A DNA stretch of 64,000 nt from contig NC_042999.1 of NCBI RefSeq assembly GCF_006345805.1, positions 94,178,001 to 94,242,000 of the forward strand. The letters are read 5' to 3'. The stretch comes from Octopus sinensis (Eukaryota). The notes under the pieces are model-generated. The model did not search any database and was not told where the DNA came from. It saw only the letters and a list, made by a program, of their open reading frames with translations. Position numbers and translations under genes: made by a program. Positions 27,301 through 42,334 of the stretch are shown here, piece by piece (the first letter of the stretch is position 1; the number at the start of each line of letters is the position of its first letter).

Positions 27301-30300
27301 CATACCGCTAAACTTCTTGATTTATTATAATTATCTCCGCCCTTAAAGGGTGTAACATAATTACCAAATAGCAATTAAGACTAGTTTCACTTCATAACAG
27401 GAGGTATTCTCAAGCTTCAAGAATGCGCCAAAGTTGATATGTCGTAATGGAAAAAGACATTGTTAATGTTTAGAGAGAAGAAGGTGGTTGTGGAAGGATG
27501 AATATAAAGACAAGCCGAGTTAAGCTTAAATAGCATATGCCAGCACTGATTATAGAAAAAAATATGAGTTTTTTTGTATCGAGATTTAAAGAGTTGCTAT
27601 CACAGGAAAGATTTAAAATTTGTCCATTTCTAGAATTTTAGCTAGAAGGAAACTATTCCTCTTATAAACTAATGTGGATATATCTGCGTGTTGCACAAAT
27701 TGTATTCTACTATTTAACAAAGTAAAGCCTCCTGTACATAACGCACTCATATAAACATTATTAGAAAAGCAAAATTAAAATGATTGCCAATATGTTGCAC
27801 ATGTGCCAATTTGGGTAGGTTTACGGTGACAGAAAACCACAGAAACCTATCTTCATTCACTGGGTTGAATATTTTTTCTTCCTGTGATCCCCTAAGGTGC
27901 AATTAAATGCGTTAACTGATACGGTGCACTTGACAAAGCATGTTCTTTGTGGTATCAGATTGCTTAATCATGAATTAAATCAAATAATTGCTTAGAATTC
28001 TAATGGAAATTCTATGTTGACATTGTGCCTCAAATACACCATTCAGTTGAGTGAGGCTCACAACCAAGATTTAATTCATCTACTGTTCCTAAACAAAAAC
28101 AAATCAACTTTGAATGATGCAGACCTTTAGCTCCGAACGATCATGAAACTAAATCCTGACGCACCCGTTTTTCCCCAACCAACTGTCCTGTATATTATTA
28201 TAAGTATGTTATAATTATATTTTTGAGAATATGCTGATAGGGAGCAAAACTAACGAATTATCTGCAATGCAAGAATTCGCGGATGAATGTCAGAGGGATA
28301 AATGTGCAGAGAAATATATCTAATTTAATTTTCTGTTACGTCATTAGTGATGAAAAAAAATGATTTTAAAAAGACATTTTACTTATATGGCAGCGGAACA
28401 AGATATATGCTAACGAAACTAATTTTCCTTGCCTATGCCAAAGGGGAGATATCATTACACAGAATGTTTGAATTAAATATCTGCAAATGTATTGGTTACA
28501 TAGGAACAGCACTTTCACTACGCAAGCTCCAATTAAAATGGTTTAAAACTGAACTTTCAGAATACGTCTCCTCAAAACGGAGAAGCCTTAATATTTCTTA
28601 TAATCTACTGCTTTAATATGATTTGAATATTCTTATAAACTACGTTTTATACCTTTTGAAGATTTTATCATATTTAGATACATCGATATGTTTCAATACA
28701 TATTCTGCACATTAATAGTGAGTTGGTTTAGCTATGTTCAAGTATTACTTTATGATATCTTAAGAATTGTAGTGGAGGGGCTTAGAAACACTAAATAAAC
28801 CCCAGAATGTGCATGACACACATATCGATATTTACAATTGCTAAGACAAATAAAAAATTAGGATTTTATGATAAAGACGAGGCATTAATTATTGCACCGT
28901 TGATAGAGTCATTATGGCTTTCAGATTGAAATTATTAATTATCTTCTTTCCGGCATCATCATCGATCACAAGCAGCATGATGATAGCATTATGAAAATAT
29001 TCTCCTACGAGATATACATAAACTTGTGAGATATATCGTTACCAACTTAACGCAAAATATCTTCCAGTCTATTCTAAATTATGATGTTTCTGCAAAGACA
29101 GTCTACAGTTACTACTTTTTAAATCTAAATTCGCAACTCACATACTAGATAAATCTTTTCCAAACTATTCCTTCTGACATCAGCAGATTCACCACTACGT
29201 TGAATCTGAAATCAAATATATTCTCTTCAAACTAACCACACCAACAGCTGTAGAAATATCATTTCCATAACCTTTAAAAAATGCGATACAGATTCCATAT
29301 ACTTATCAAATATTCCGACCTCTCTCACTCTACATACCAATCCAAAGCGAGTAATGGTAACAATCTATTTTTTAATAATGATTTGTAGGTACATGGTATT
29401 TCGTTATGCAACTACAATACATTATAAAGAATTTTTAATGGTTTTTATAAGTAAATACCGCGTTCTACTGTGTTAGCAGTGGTTTTTACATTATTTTATT
29501 AAGGTTATTTCTTCAGATATTCTATATCCCAGAATGACAACTCTTCTGAGCCTGCCAACTCACTCGCACTTCAAACACCGTAATGTTTACGATGACATCC
29601 ATAAATAACATACAAAACTGATCTGCTTCTTTATTGCTCACCGATATGGCTGTTGTGAAGCCATTTAACTCAACAGTTAAGGAGGTAAACGATGTAGCAC
29701 GTACCATCGGCATATCTTTTAGCTGTGATCGACACATTTAACAATTGATAAGCCTGCTTGTCTGAGGGCTCCCTTTGCCGTGCGTCACTTCGATTAGTCG
29801 CAAACGTGATGATTGTTTTATCTCATGGTGTGCTCATAGAGCTATATCTGACTGACACTGTATCAAGGTTGATCCGCCTTACGACTCGACACAGGATCAA
29901 TGCTGGTCTTCTCAGATAATTATTTGTCCACCACGACGTTTTTTCCCAGTTGCTCCGCTCGAGAATGCAATTTGATCAAGACTAAAATAAAATAAAATAA
30001 GACAAATCAAAGTAGAAACAAGACTAATACTGACAAAACTATGGAATACAATACATACTACACGATTTTTTTTAATATTTTACATATACCTACCGTGTGC
30101 ATTTTGTTACCAGTTTTATATTATCAGCTTCTTAATCACGCTATTATGTAATTGAGCTCGACTGCAATTATTAAATGGAAACACACTGGTAATTTGACAT
30201 CCCATGCAGTGATTTAATTGAGGGAATATAATATCGGCATTATTTCTTGAGGGGAAAATGATAATTTCAAGAATATTATTGATCAACATTTCTGGATAAT

Positions 30301-31225
30301 GTTTTATTTTAAATTGTAATTTCGCAGATATCTGTAATACATCCAATATTTATTTTGATTTAATTTTACTAAGTACACACACCTTATATTTTTGAATTGC
30401 GAGGAAATGAAAGTTTAATTACACATATGCCTATGGCACTAGCGTGATTCGACAGTAAGCCGAAATGGGCTCGTGCACTTGACCTGCTGGGATCCTCCCT
30501 CTGGTTTGCAACGCTTATACAATTCCTAATGGCGTATTAGCAATCTTTTTATAAAATTATTTTTATCAAACTATATTGTCTTCAGGGGAGAGAGAAATAC
30601 GAGTTGGATTGTATGTTTATTTCCTAATTACGTTGTCAAATCTAATGCAAAAAATGACTAGAAATAAGTTAAGTTGAATATTCAGTTTAATTTCTAGTTC
30701 ACATTATACATACCAGTAATACACTCACTACATTACCATCTCTGTGTGAAAGAACCTAATTTCATATTGATATTCCAATCAATATTTTACAATTCGAGTG
30801 CTTTACAATTACAATACTATTAACTTCAACTGAAATATTAATGTCTGCAGAACATATTGAAACCAATCAGCTACAATATTTTGTTAAAGATAGTCTTCTG
30901 TTAAAAGACTGCGACGGGCACTAATTTACTTGAACATAATTTATCAATAAAAAAATTATAGCAGAGACAAATATTGTCTTCATTTAAGATACATTTAATG
31001 TAATTTAAACATTCATTCAAAAAATAAACATTCCTTACCTAATAAGTGCTAGTTAACATGCAGTCCCATGCGTTAATAGATAGAAAGGTATATACATACA
31101 TTTCCATAGATATACGAAGAGAGACATTTGTATATATGTATGATCTTAACTATTTGTATTCATATACATGTATGTGTGCGATATGTGTGTACGTGTGTGC
31201 GTGTGTCTGAGTGTATGTATGAATG

Positions 31226-31301
<76 letters not shown>

Positions 31302-31789
31302 CACACACAGTCTTCTCAAGATAGCTGCCGTTGTTCACAGAGAATACTTGGGAAATTGTCTTCAATGTTGCAACAAAATTTAATAAAAATATGAGAAAGG
31401 CTTTGGAAGAGCATGAGCAGAATATCACATTCAGTAAACCATATAAACTTTCTATATACATATCTAAAGACAAATATTTTCTTAGTTAGTCACGTTTCTT
31501 GCCAGTCGAACCGTGTAGCGAACACTATATTCTATCCCTAAATTCTAAAGCCTAAGCTCCAAAGGTTAACATTTCCAATGTGCAAAATGCAAGCCTAACA
31601 TTTTTTTTTAGAATATTGCTCTTCTAAGTTACAAAGACAATTTATGGAAAGTTAAACATTCAAATCTTATAGCCTAATGCGGCTTCTCGAAAGCAGTTTG
31701 CTAGGGCGAAGAATGAACAAAAATGTATCTAGTTTTCTGTCTATCTAATATTCTATCTATAAACAAACTAAGGCAGTTCAGCTCTGAGA

Positions 31790-32075
31790 CAGCATTAGAA
31801 CAAACGACATATATATCATCATGTCATCGGCAATATACACGGCGGAAAAGTGGGAAACATCGCCAAAGATGGCGAAGTATCAATGTATTTCAACTACGAT
31901 GCCTCCGGTGGATACTGCGGCTATCATAACGGCACCACATCACCAAAGACGAGATACACTACCGAACTTATACCCGTCCACTCAAAGACGCTGTGATTGA
32001 GCACCGTTTGCGCTTCGCAGGCCATGTCCTCCGAATACCATCGTCGCGGGATGCAAAAAACCGCAGTTCTGTGGA
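31790..32075 (+). mobile_element. RTE-clade LINE fragment
   Basis: INVFQLRCLRWILRLS and RLRFAGHVLRIP post-RT motifs. Confidence 0.8.
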
Positions 32076-32077
32076 AG

Positions 32078-32148
<71 letters not shown>

Positions 32149-35100
32149 TATTTGTGGTATGTATGTATACGTGTGTGGGGTGTATACCAAAAATCTTCCC
32201 AAATACACTAATATTATATTTCTAGTTCGAAGCATCGTTTATAACCATAATCAAGTGTGACCAATACAAGATTACCTCGCACATAACTTGAATATCTCTC
32301 TAATGTCCTCAAAGTACGTTTGCTAAATTTATATCGATTCAGTAATCTAATGATGTCTTGCTTCCTTTTGCTAAGAAATAAAACACTGTACTTTTTATAA
32401 AATTAGCAGTGTGCTTTATAAGTAAAGAAAACTTTTTTCCGATGACTGATATTTAAAATGTGTAATGTAGGTGAAAATATCTTCAAATATATCAAGTCTA
32501 CAGCACGTTATCTCACTTACTTCATAAATTCTATTATCTTGAATATATTTATGTAGCATTCAATTTAATGGATGGTTCTATTACAATGAAGACTAAGTAA
32601 TCAATAAACATTGCTAAAATTTGTTTTTATGTGTGATCCCCTTGCTAATCTTCCCTATCTTGCCAATTTGATTTCTCAACATATTTGAATAACAATTAAA
32701 TACACTTTCGTCAAAGGATTACAAAATTTTATCAGTTTTTTCTCTTTAGAAAAATGTATAGATCTTTTCCTGCTCCACAATATTCAATTAATAGACATAA
32801 TATTAACATGAACAGTTTAATTCTGAGTCACGCTGGTTGCGAAGATGGAGAAGAGAAACAAAGACGGAAATTAATGATATCAGTGATACATCAACACAGA
32901 TAAAGTACGAAAGAAATCGATATTAATTTGATATTGTAAGATATCAAAAGAATGTTGAAATTAAATTCTAATCGTTATATGGTATTTCTATGGAAATAAA
33001 GTATTGTTATTTCAGAGAAATTAATGTTTCTTACGGACATGTTTTAGTTAGTTATTCTTTTAATGATTCTTAATGAAATCGTTGTGGGAGCTCATCAAGT
33101 AAGAGTTATATCTATCGATATTTGATATAAGACTAGAGAACAAAACTTAATTTGCATATTCAAATATTTACAACAAACATTAATCAAATATTGAAGATTT
33201 GATTCATTATGTTGATACTCGATGCTAGTGAAATATTTAAACAGTAAAATTGAGATATTGCGTCGTAGAACAGTGGACTATTTACATCTCTATTGAGAAT
33301 ATTTGACATTGTTTGATCAGCCCAAGCGATTTCTTTCATTGTTACATTCGAATATATGATCTGCATATAGCCAGAAACTAAAATTTTGTCCGCCAGTAAA
33401 TAGTGATAAACTTCGTGAGATAGCAATAAATGGCTTCAATCGAAATGAGTATAATTTACATTTCCTACCTCTGTGTTTTATATTTGCTAAATCATCCTGA
33501 AATCATTTCACTTCTGATTTGAATTCATGGCTTGAATGCAAGAAGACGATTTAGATCATATTTCGTCCAACAATTGTTTATACATGACCGAAAATTATAG
33601 AATTATTGGATTTCTCTCAAGATAAATAGAAAGATTATAAATATTTGATACCGGAAGGCATTTTAAAATTACGTGCATTTTGCATAACAAAATTTTAATG
33701 AGGTCAAGTAGGTAAGTATGTTAATCAGAGAAAATTTATGCAATAGAACGTTACTTTTATATGTCTGCTTTTTGCATGCAAATTGTATAAAAAGGCAAAA
33801 TATTTACGCATAAGTACGTGCGCATACATATATGCATATGTGTGCATACATTCACAAACACATACACAAGCACACTATCACAAACTTATACATACACACA
33901 CACGCACACACACATATATACAAGTATTATTTATGAATGTTTTCTTTTACACGTTATGTCATGCACCATGTCATTTCTTCGAATGCTTTCTTCACTTGAG
34001 TAATTAATATTATTCAGATCCAATATATTATGCATATATTTCAAAGTTATAAAGTAATCCTATAGTTGATATTGATAATTCTACACGAAAAATCTTTGTT
34101 CATTGAAATAATGTAATATATCAAATTTGCATCGAAATACACAATAGTAAAACAATCCCAAGTTTTATTTCATTTCGGGTTTCATTTCCACATACGTTTA
34201 AATTTCCCTTTACAAAGAAGTGAATATAGAATCAAAATAAGAAAATGTTATATAAACGTGATACGCACATTTTATACAACATTATTCCGGGCATATGTTT
34301 AGACACGAGTCAGTAAAATTATTGTTGTAAATTACGTAACAAAACGTATTTCACTTTTACACATAAACTCACAAGATTTACATAATTGTGCTTATAAGAG
34401 TAAAAACAATTTTCAATAGAAAACGAAACGTATGGAAATCACATAAATAAGCTCTTACGATATTTGTGCAAACTCATTTTTATAAGATCTCTAATCGATT
34501 ACCACGGTAATATTCGACGCTTAAAAAATACCAAACCCACAAACTATGAGCTAATGCTCATGAACTTATTCTACAATTATTCTTTCTTTCAAGTGTCGCT
34601 GAAATATATTCACAAAATATAGTAGAATTAAAAGTGCGTAATGGATATAGACTTATAACTGTCTCCATCAAATTTCGCTGAATGGCTTAATCTCGTGAGT
34701 AGCGTCTTGAGTAAATTATAACAAAAGCGGTCATCTATCTTTAAAGTATATTTCTAGTTCGTGTTATGAACACAGCAAGGCCTCATAGCGTTCAATCAAA
34801 ATATTTGTTGCTCTTCGACTACATTAACTAAATAGCTTCACGCACATAAACACACGGTGTCATCATTTCTGTTTCGCACATTTACTCACTCTTTCGTCAA
34901 AACTGCACGCACACACCTGTATATAATGTGTTTGCTCTAGTTTTTCATTCACTTTTCCTTCTGCCAATTATGCATATTTCCGAATTCTATCTTATATGGC
35001 TATTTTCTATTTGTAGGACAGGCTATCACCAAAATTGCAAAGACAATGAAAGTCCACTTGTGACTCTCATTGGATTTCTATAGATATAAGTCTATTTGTA

Positions 35101-35712
35101 GTTTAGTCCATTGAATTTCTTTACGGAAAAAAAATTATGCAGGAATTGTTCGGAATGATTCGTTTCTTCGTATTATAAAGATGGATAATTGACTAAAGAT
35201 GTTACACATTCATCGTTAGCCAACTTATTTATTCATAATTTTAATAATACAGACATGGTCAAATTGTGAACACAAGTAAACCAAGTGCTTCTACCATTGT
35301 TCTTTCGACATAGACACAAAATATGACTGAAATGAAGTTATTGTATAAACGGATATGCATACATAATTATTTCAATTAATGTGACTGTTAAGAGCCTTTG
35401 TGGAAATAGCGGAATTGATTATATTACACCTTAATGTTACATCTCATTAGGTTCCGCTCTCTCACCTTGAATTTCAAAACAATTCAATTGTAATTTTAAT
35501 GCTTTCTTCCATAATGTGTAAGCATTAAATATAATACAATTAATAAAGATGCACTTCAACGGTCTATAATGATCAAAAACGCATTGCTATCATAGGCGAT
35601 TTGGAAACAAAAAAAAATTAAATTGATTATGAATTGAATGAGAAAATAGAATATATATTCATCTTATATAATTATTTCGTTGTTCCTAACTATACGAAAA
35701 TATACCCCGTGA

Positions 35713-35773
<61 letters not shown>

Positions 35774-35904
35774 ACAAAGTTAAAGAGGCCTCGTTGATGT
35801 AGTTACACATGTGCACAATCATACGTAAACGCATATATATATATATATACATACTCATATTGTTATAATTATATACATACGCATGGGTGTGTCTGTGTGT
35901 ATTT

Positions 35905-36021
<117 letters not shown>

Positions 36022-36927
36022 GTAGGCATTGCATATGTTTGCGAATTTAAGTTTCAATCAGCTCCACGTCGCTTAAATTTTCGTGGGCGCGATGGACATG
36101 TCCATGTAATTATATATTAAGTGCAGCGCAGTAGATTTGGACGGAATGCACGATGGTTCCTAGATGTTTACACATCTTTTGCATTTTCAGATCACACGTT
36201 CATAATTCAATCAAAACTGCGCTCATTAAAATTTCGTATTGATATGTTTCTATATTATGTTGGTGGCGGGGTACTGGCTCTACACTGGCGCCAGGGCCCG
36301 ACATAATGTACGCACACCTTGACAATTGGTTGACCGTATTCTATACAAGAAGCTTAATTACCGTCGTTCGTTGGACGGCTAGGCTAAGGGATGTATAACA
36401 GCGATGTCAATAACCAGTGACTTGAAGTTTATTAATAAGATGTGCACTTGTTTCAACAGTCGATGCCACCTCTGCGATTTCAGTAGTAACCCTCAGCCAT
36501 CAACTTTCTTTCATCTCGTATTCAAGAAAATCACCTTCGTTTAAATTAACACAAGTTGATTAGCTTTGTTCTTCTATGCTCAGTTATATTTTTCACAGTG
36601 CACGTACTAATGTTTCTTAAATAGACATTTCTCTTTCACTGTGTGTGTGTTTGTGTGTGTTTGTGTGTCTGTGTGTGCGTGTCTGTGTGTGTGCTGTGTC
36701 GTGTCTGTTTCCCAAATAAGCATCCAATTTCAATATTGCAATTACCGCAAGGAGCTGTAATGTGATGTACAAGCACACAGCCCTGAGTTTGCTGCAACCT
36801 ATAGCGGAAACAACTGTAAGCATATGAAGTTGTTTACATAATTTCTGCTTCCTTGTTACTTGATTAATGTCATGTAAACGTTTGTCTATTTATATATGTA
36901 TTCACATGCATGTACCTATCTAGCTAT

Positions 36928-36986
<59 letters not shown>

Positions 36987-36992
36987 TATATA

Positions 36993-37450
36993 GTCACTGT
37001 ATCTACCAAGCTATCCCATGGTGTTATTGTGCCACTATTTACAATGTAACTACGATTCTTTCTTACATTCGCCATTCGTTTTCCGTCTAAGCCCAGGCCT
37101 TTAAATCTTATTCCCATATTCGGAGCGGCCCCCTAAATGGTCTTTGCCATATCTCGGGTGTCAATGGGCAACTGCATATGTCTTCCTGTTGTCTTCATAA
37201 TTTGGGCATATCCGGCCCAACGCAACGTGTATTCTACAATCACGTTGTACATACTGCTCCATTTAATAATTACCAAATTTAGGATGTGCTCTCGCAGTGT
37301 TTATTCCTAAACATACAATTCCGTACGTATAGCTATATGTAAAAGCGAAGCAATATACAACAGCGTTGATCATTTCTATCATTATCGTCAATGCGGCAAA
37401 ACATGTATTCATAATTGTTTGAGGTAAAATAAGGTATCTGGGGAAATCAA
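36993..37450 (-). mobile_element. RTE-clade LINE 3' end
   Basis: TLRWAGYAQI motif followed by decayed downstream sequence; the 3' end abuts (TA)n. Confidence 0.7.
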
Positions 37451-37769
37451 TTAAGGCATTTCAGTTCATTGGAAGTGGTGACAATTAAAATTATGATGAG
37501 CCTACAAAATCGATGATAATGAGACAGTGATAAGAATGCACCCACGAAATAATACATAAGCTAGGTTTCAGGTTCCCAATTACAGGTTTGCGTTATTGCC
37601 AGTGGAGATTAGATTTGTTTTTGTATTAGAATATGTTCATATTTCTGTGTACATCATTGTATATACAACAACATTTTTTTTCAATATGCCTTTCTCTATA
37701 ATATAAGACATGCGCCTGCACACTTATAAATATATATACAAACACTCATACACATACACATATTTATAT

Positions 37770-38605
37770 AATTACGCTCATCAGATGTAGCCAATATGGA
37801 ATGGGTTATGGCGACTGCTCTCCACTGCCGGGGATGGATTAGCACACCGGTCAACGATTGCAACGAAAATAGTGGTGAAACAAAAAAATGGTCAGAGTAT
37901 TTGGCTAGGTGTTATGTCCCTTGGTTAGGTATGTTTTGAATTCGGCGTGAGTTATCTTGAAGTGCAAAAAGTGTGTATTAATAATGGGATGTCTGGTATT
38001 GGGTGTGCGGTATGTATAGCAGATTCGTATCTATAATTTTTTGTGGGCGTAGCTATATATTGCGATTTGTTATGGTCTGTTTTCTTTTTGTAAAAGGTAA
38101 AGTGGTGGGGTCCTAGCGTGCGGGGGTTTGTGTTGGGGGTGGTGGGGATAGTTATATACGTGATGTCTGCCTTATAGGGTGTGCCTATGTGTACATGCGT
38201 GAATTGGTGTGTGTCTTGGGCAAACTCTTTTTCCCCAAGAGCACAGGTAGAAGTTCGTTTGTTCGAGGTCGAAGCAGGGGATCAGAGGTGGCAGTCATAG
38301 TGGCTCACGCAGGTGTGATAAAATATACTTTCTTTCATGCGGTCAGGAATTAAACCTCTTACTCCTGTTATCGAGCTAAGCATCCGGGCCTTCGGCACAT
38401 TTTAAAATCGCTCTCTCCTTTGCCAGGCATGATCTTCACTTCCTACAACTAATGAAGTATGGCTTGCATCTTTCTACGATCTTCCAGTTTACTCTGCACC
38501 CCGTAGCGCTTTATTTTAAACCCCAGACGTACTTGGCTAGGGTTGTGGTTATACGTCTATCTGGGATGATGAATGAGGAGTTGTGGTTATTACAGCGGCC
38601 CTAAA
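37770..38605 (-). mobile_element. Penelope-like element 3' part
   Basis: RCNNHNSSF...TTTLAKYVWGLK...VNWKIVERCKPY...SCLAKERAIL...PHERKYIL, typical of the PLE GIY-YIG C-terminus; truncated CTGATGA core near 37778-37784. Confidence 0.85.
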
Positions 38606-38616
38606 CCTAACCCTAA

Positions 38617-38959
38617 GCTGAAGATCAGTGAAAAAGAGAACACCTATGCTGAAATTTTGAGAAATCTGCAGTTACTCTATCCAGATTACAAGTTCAGGAA
38701 TTAGGGCCCTGGGATATGTAACACACTGTCTAAATACCAATCTTGAGAAATTAGTCTTCCCATAATCAGAAAGCAAAGAAGCTAATTCGATGACTACAGA
38801 TTCAGTCCATCACTGGAACTGTAAAATACTTTCCAGAGATTTAACATTTAAATATATGTGAGCCTGTCTAGATATGCAACTATATGCATGAGAATACATG
38901 CATAAAACATACAAAAATGCACATGCATACATACAGACATAAATATATGTATATATATG

Positions 38960-39046
<87 letters not shown>

Positions 39047-39168
39047 CATACGTACATACAAACAAAAATACCTTGTTGATGTTGAAATTCCAATGAAGGA
39101 GCTTTGGATATAGGTTAGAAACCGGTTCTTTCTCTAACGACAATAAATCTTGAAATAATCTGAATAAT
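38617..39168 (+). mobile_element. RLE-type (R4/Dong-like) LINE 3' end
   Basis: KISEKENTYAEILRNLQLLYPDYKF, then ALGYVTHCLNTNLEKL and LQIQSITGTVKI; 3' UTR carries an internal microsatellite. Confidence 0.75.
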
Positions 39169-39550
39169 GACATACATATATAGCTACATACAGTAACACG
39201 TACATATATATCAAGATCATTGTGTGTCTAAAACATAGTGACTGATGAGCTGGCAGAAGGAAATAAGGAAGTGTGTCAACGAACTGTGCTGTCTGATGTA
39301 AGCTTAAAATATCATACACTTTAAACTATGTATATATGCACAGAGGGTGTGAGACAGAAAGAGAAATATCATCCTCACGTTCTCGTGACTGACGCTGTCA
39401 ATCACTGGCCGCCTTGCATGACAATCTAGTATTCAGCAATAACTACATAAATATAATCATACGAGTGCGTAAACATTTATGCATATATATGTCTCTGTGT
39501 GTATGTATACATACCTGAACACACACACACACAACACACACACACACCAC

Positions 39551-39588
<38 letters not shown>

Positions 39589-39984
39589 ATATATATATAT
39601 ATAAGCACACATACACATATGTACACAAACTTCTTTGCGAAGAACACGCACAGACACACACACAAATACAAGTATTAATTTTAGCAGTTATGCAGTTGTT
39701 AACTTCCTTGGGTGCAATATTTCTCATTTGTAGCATAATTATATTTCATGCGTACATAATGGATTCTACGTCGCATATGAATCACAGTGATGAGTATAAC
39801 ATGAAAGAATTACAATGAAGATTCTTGCTGATGAAGAACCTGTGAACGTTTTTTTTTTTAATGATATTCTGTGTAAACAATCAATGATTTTACGTGACAT
39901 CATTAGTAGTGATAACGATAACTAGTTGTGCTAATACTAATGCTATAGTAAATGAATGAAATATTAATAATCATTGCTGTCTCA

Positions 39985-40172
39985 TGCACAAGACTATGAA
40001 TTTGGAGAGACATAAGTTAGTGACTCCTGCGTGAATAGTTCTTTATTTAACATTTGTGGGAAGATGATGAAAAAAACGCCCCCTGAGCTCGGCGGAATTT
40101 GAACTTGGAATGCAAATAGTTGTCGCAAATACCGTGAGCTATTTTTCGATCATGGAGCAATTCAGCCGGCTC
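39985..40172 (-). mobile_element. Degenerate SINE family 3 copy
   Basis: CTCGGCGGAATTTGAAC is the reverse complement of the family B-box region. Confidence 0.6.
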
Positions 40173-40559
40173 AGGTAATTTAAACATGTCCTTCTTGTTT
40201 AGCACAACGCAATCATTTATTGGCGAGTGGGTGTGGGTGTAATTGTTTGACTTATTTCCGGTCCCCCTTTTTTTTGTTTTTAATACAATTCATTTTTAGC
40301 TATCTTGAAGTGACAAGTGGTAAGGATAACCCACATGGGATCTGAATTCAATACCTAAGTAGTGTGGAGAAATATTAGAATGCAATTTATATTCTGCACA
40401 CTAATGATTCTGAAATTCCATCAGACGTCAAAATGATGATGATGATGACAATAGACTCCCCTTCGAAGACGACGAATGAGTGTTGAGCTCTTGCTCATGA
40501 TTTTGTTTATAGTGAGCAAATATTCGTACTGAACATTACTTCCTTTTCTCTATCAAATC

Positions 40560-40733
40560 GATGTTTTCTGAACAGATGTACGGTGTGCTACGCGTCAGCT
40601 GTCGAAGTGATCGCAGACCAACGTGTGATGAGTGTGTTTTACTCAAGAACACAAAACACCACCCTGTGTAGGAATTGAAACTACGATCTCGCGATCGTAA
40701 GTGCAACACTTTAAACATTCAGCCATATGTCTT

Positions 40734-40736
<3 letters not shown>
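40560..40736 (-). mobile_element. Degenerate tRNA-derived SINE (family 2-like head)
   Basis: Reverse complement gives TGGCTGAATG...GATCGTAGTTTCAATTCC. Confidence 0.7.
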
Positions 40737-40795
<59 letters not shown>

Positions 40796-41940
40796 TAATT
40801 ATTATTATTCGTCGTTCATTCAGTTGATTACTAGGCCGATGTAATCAACTTTCACACTAATTCTAAATTGCTGGCCTTGTGCCAAAATTTGAAACTGTTA
40901 TTGCAATCATGAAAATGAAGAACGTCCTCACAACATACGACACTATGATGCTATGAATAATATTACATTTTTACAGACTGGCAATGGTGATAGCAACACT
41001 TACTTACTGAGAGAGCAAGCTTAGATATTCTTTAATAATTTTTGTCAATATTGAAAAATCTGAACATTATATTGAAACCTGAAGATGTTTCAAATATTGT
41101 ACATGCTTGCATGTTTCCATCACCAGTATATTTCTTTACAGAGAGAAAGAGAGAGGAGAGAGAGAGACCTATTAGTAGATGTCTGAAACCATAGATGATG
41201 CATGAAGGAGTTATAGAGACTAATTTTCTACGTCGTTTCTCGTTATGGCTAAAATTTATGAAAATTATCAAAATGCGATATGAATATCCCTGAATCATTG
41301 ATGATGATACTCAACACCTACTGTGCTAAATTAAAGCTGACATCATGCCAAATAAACTACACTTGCTTCAAAGTTTAACATATCCCAATATATATCAATA
41401 TATGAGTAGGCATGCGCATGTGTGTGCGTGCATATATAAACGTGATTTTACATATGTAGCTTAACATTATATAGATGGATAGATTAAATTGTTTAAAGGC
41501 CACAACAATGCAAAATGAAGGAAATGAAAAGAAGCATGAGTGGAAACTTGTATTTCTTTAAAAAATTGTGCTATACGGTCCTAAGAAGCGTGGAGAAAAG
41601 ATAGATGGTTTAGAGCTGTAATGTTTGCTCAAATACAAGGAAAGTAAGTAAGATATTCCTTAGTTTAGGCGATAGACACTCTCTCCTCACAATATCAGGA
41701 GCCGTAACCTTACTCATCCAGTCAGCACTTCTAAAGAGTACCTGGATGTTCTTACCTCTTTCTTTCTGGTACGGATCAGACGCACAACATCAGTTGAAAT
41801 GGATCTATACAATTGTCTAGCATGCATATGAATATGCTTCGTACGATTAATATAATATAATATACGTAATATTATGCATGAGGGTGTATACAGACACGCG
41901 CGCACACACACATACATACATATATATATATATTACGTGT

Positions 41941-42334
41941 GGAGGCGCAATGGCCCAGTGGTTAGGGAAGCGGACTCGCGGTCGTAGGATCGCGGTTTCG
42001 ATTCCCAGACCGGGCTTTGTGAGTGTTTATTGAGCGAAAGCACCTAAAAGCTCCACGAGGCTCCGGCAGGGGATGGTGATGATCCCTGCTGTACTCTTTC
42101 ACCACAACTTTCTCTCACTCTTACTTCCTGTTTCTGTTGTACCTGTATTTCAAAGGGCCGGCCTTGTCACTCTCTGTGTCACGCTGAATATCCCCGAGAA
42201 TTACGTTAAGGGTACACGTGTCTGTGGAGTGCTCAGCCACTTACACGTTAATTTCACGAGCAGGCTGTTCCGTTGATTCGGATCAACCGGAACCCTCGTC
42301 GTCGGAACCGACGGAGTGCTTCCATTCCATTCCA
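41941..42334 (+). mobile_element. Well-preserved tRNA-derived SINE (family 2)
   Basis: Box A TGGCCCAGTGG (41951-41961), box B GGTTTCGATTCCC (about 41994-42006), GC/CpG-rich body, (TTCCA)3 tail. Confidence 0.9.

Noticed and set aside
39085-39135. CAATGAAG...GAAACCGGTT as a hammerhead in the LINE 3' UTR
   Set aside because: No CUGA core and no convincing stem I or II.
41941-42015. tRNA gene
   Set aside because: Has A and B boxes but continues into a SINE body and tail with no clean acceptor stem or terminator.
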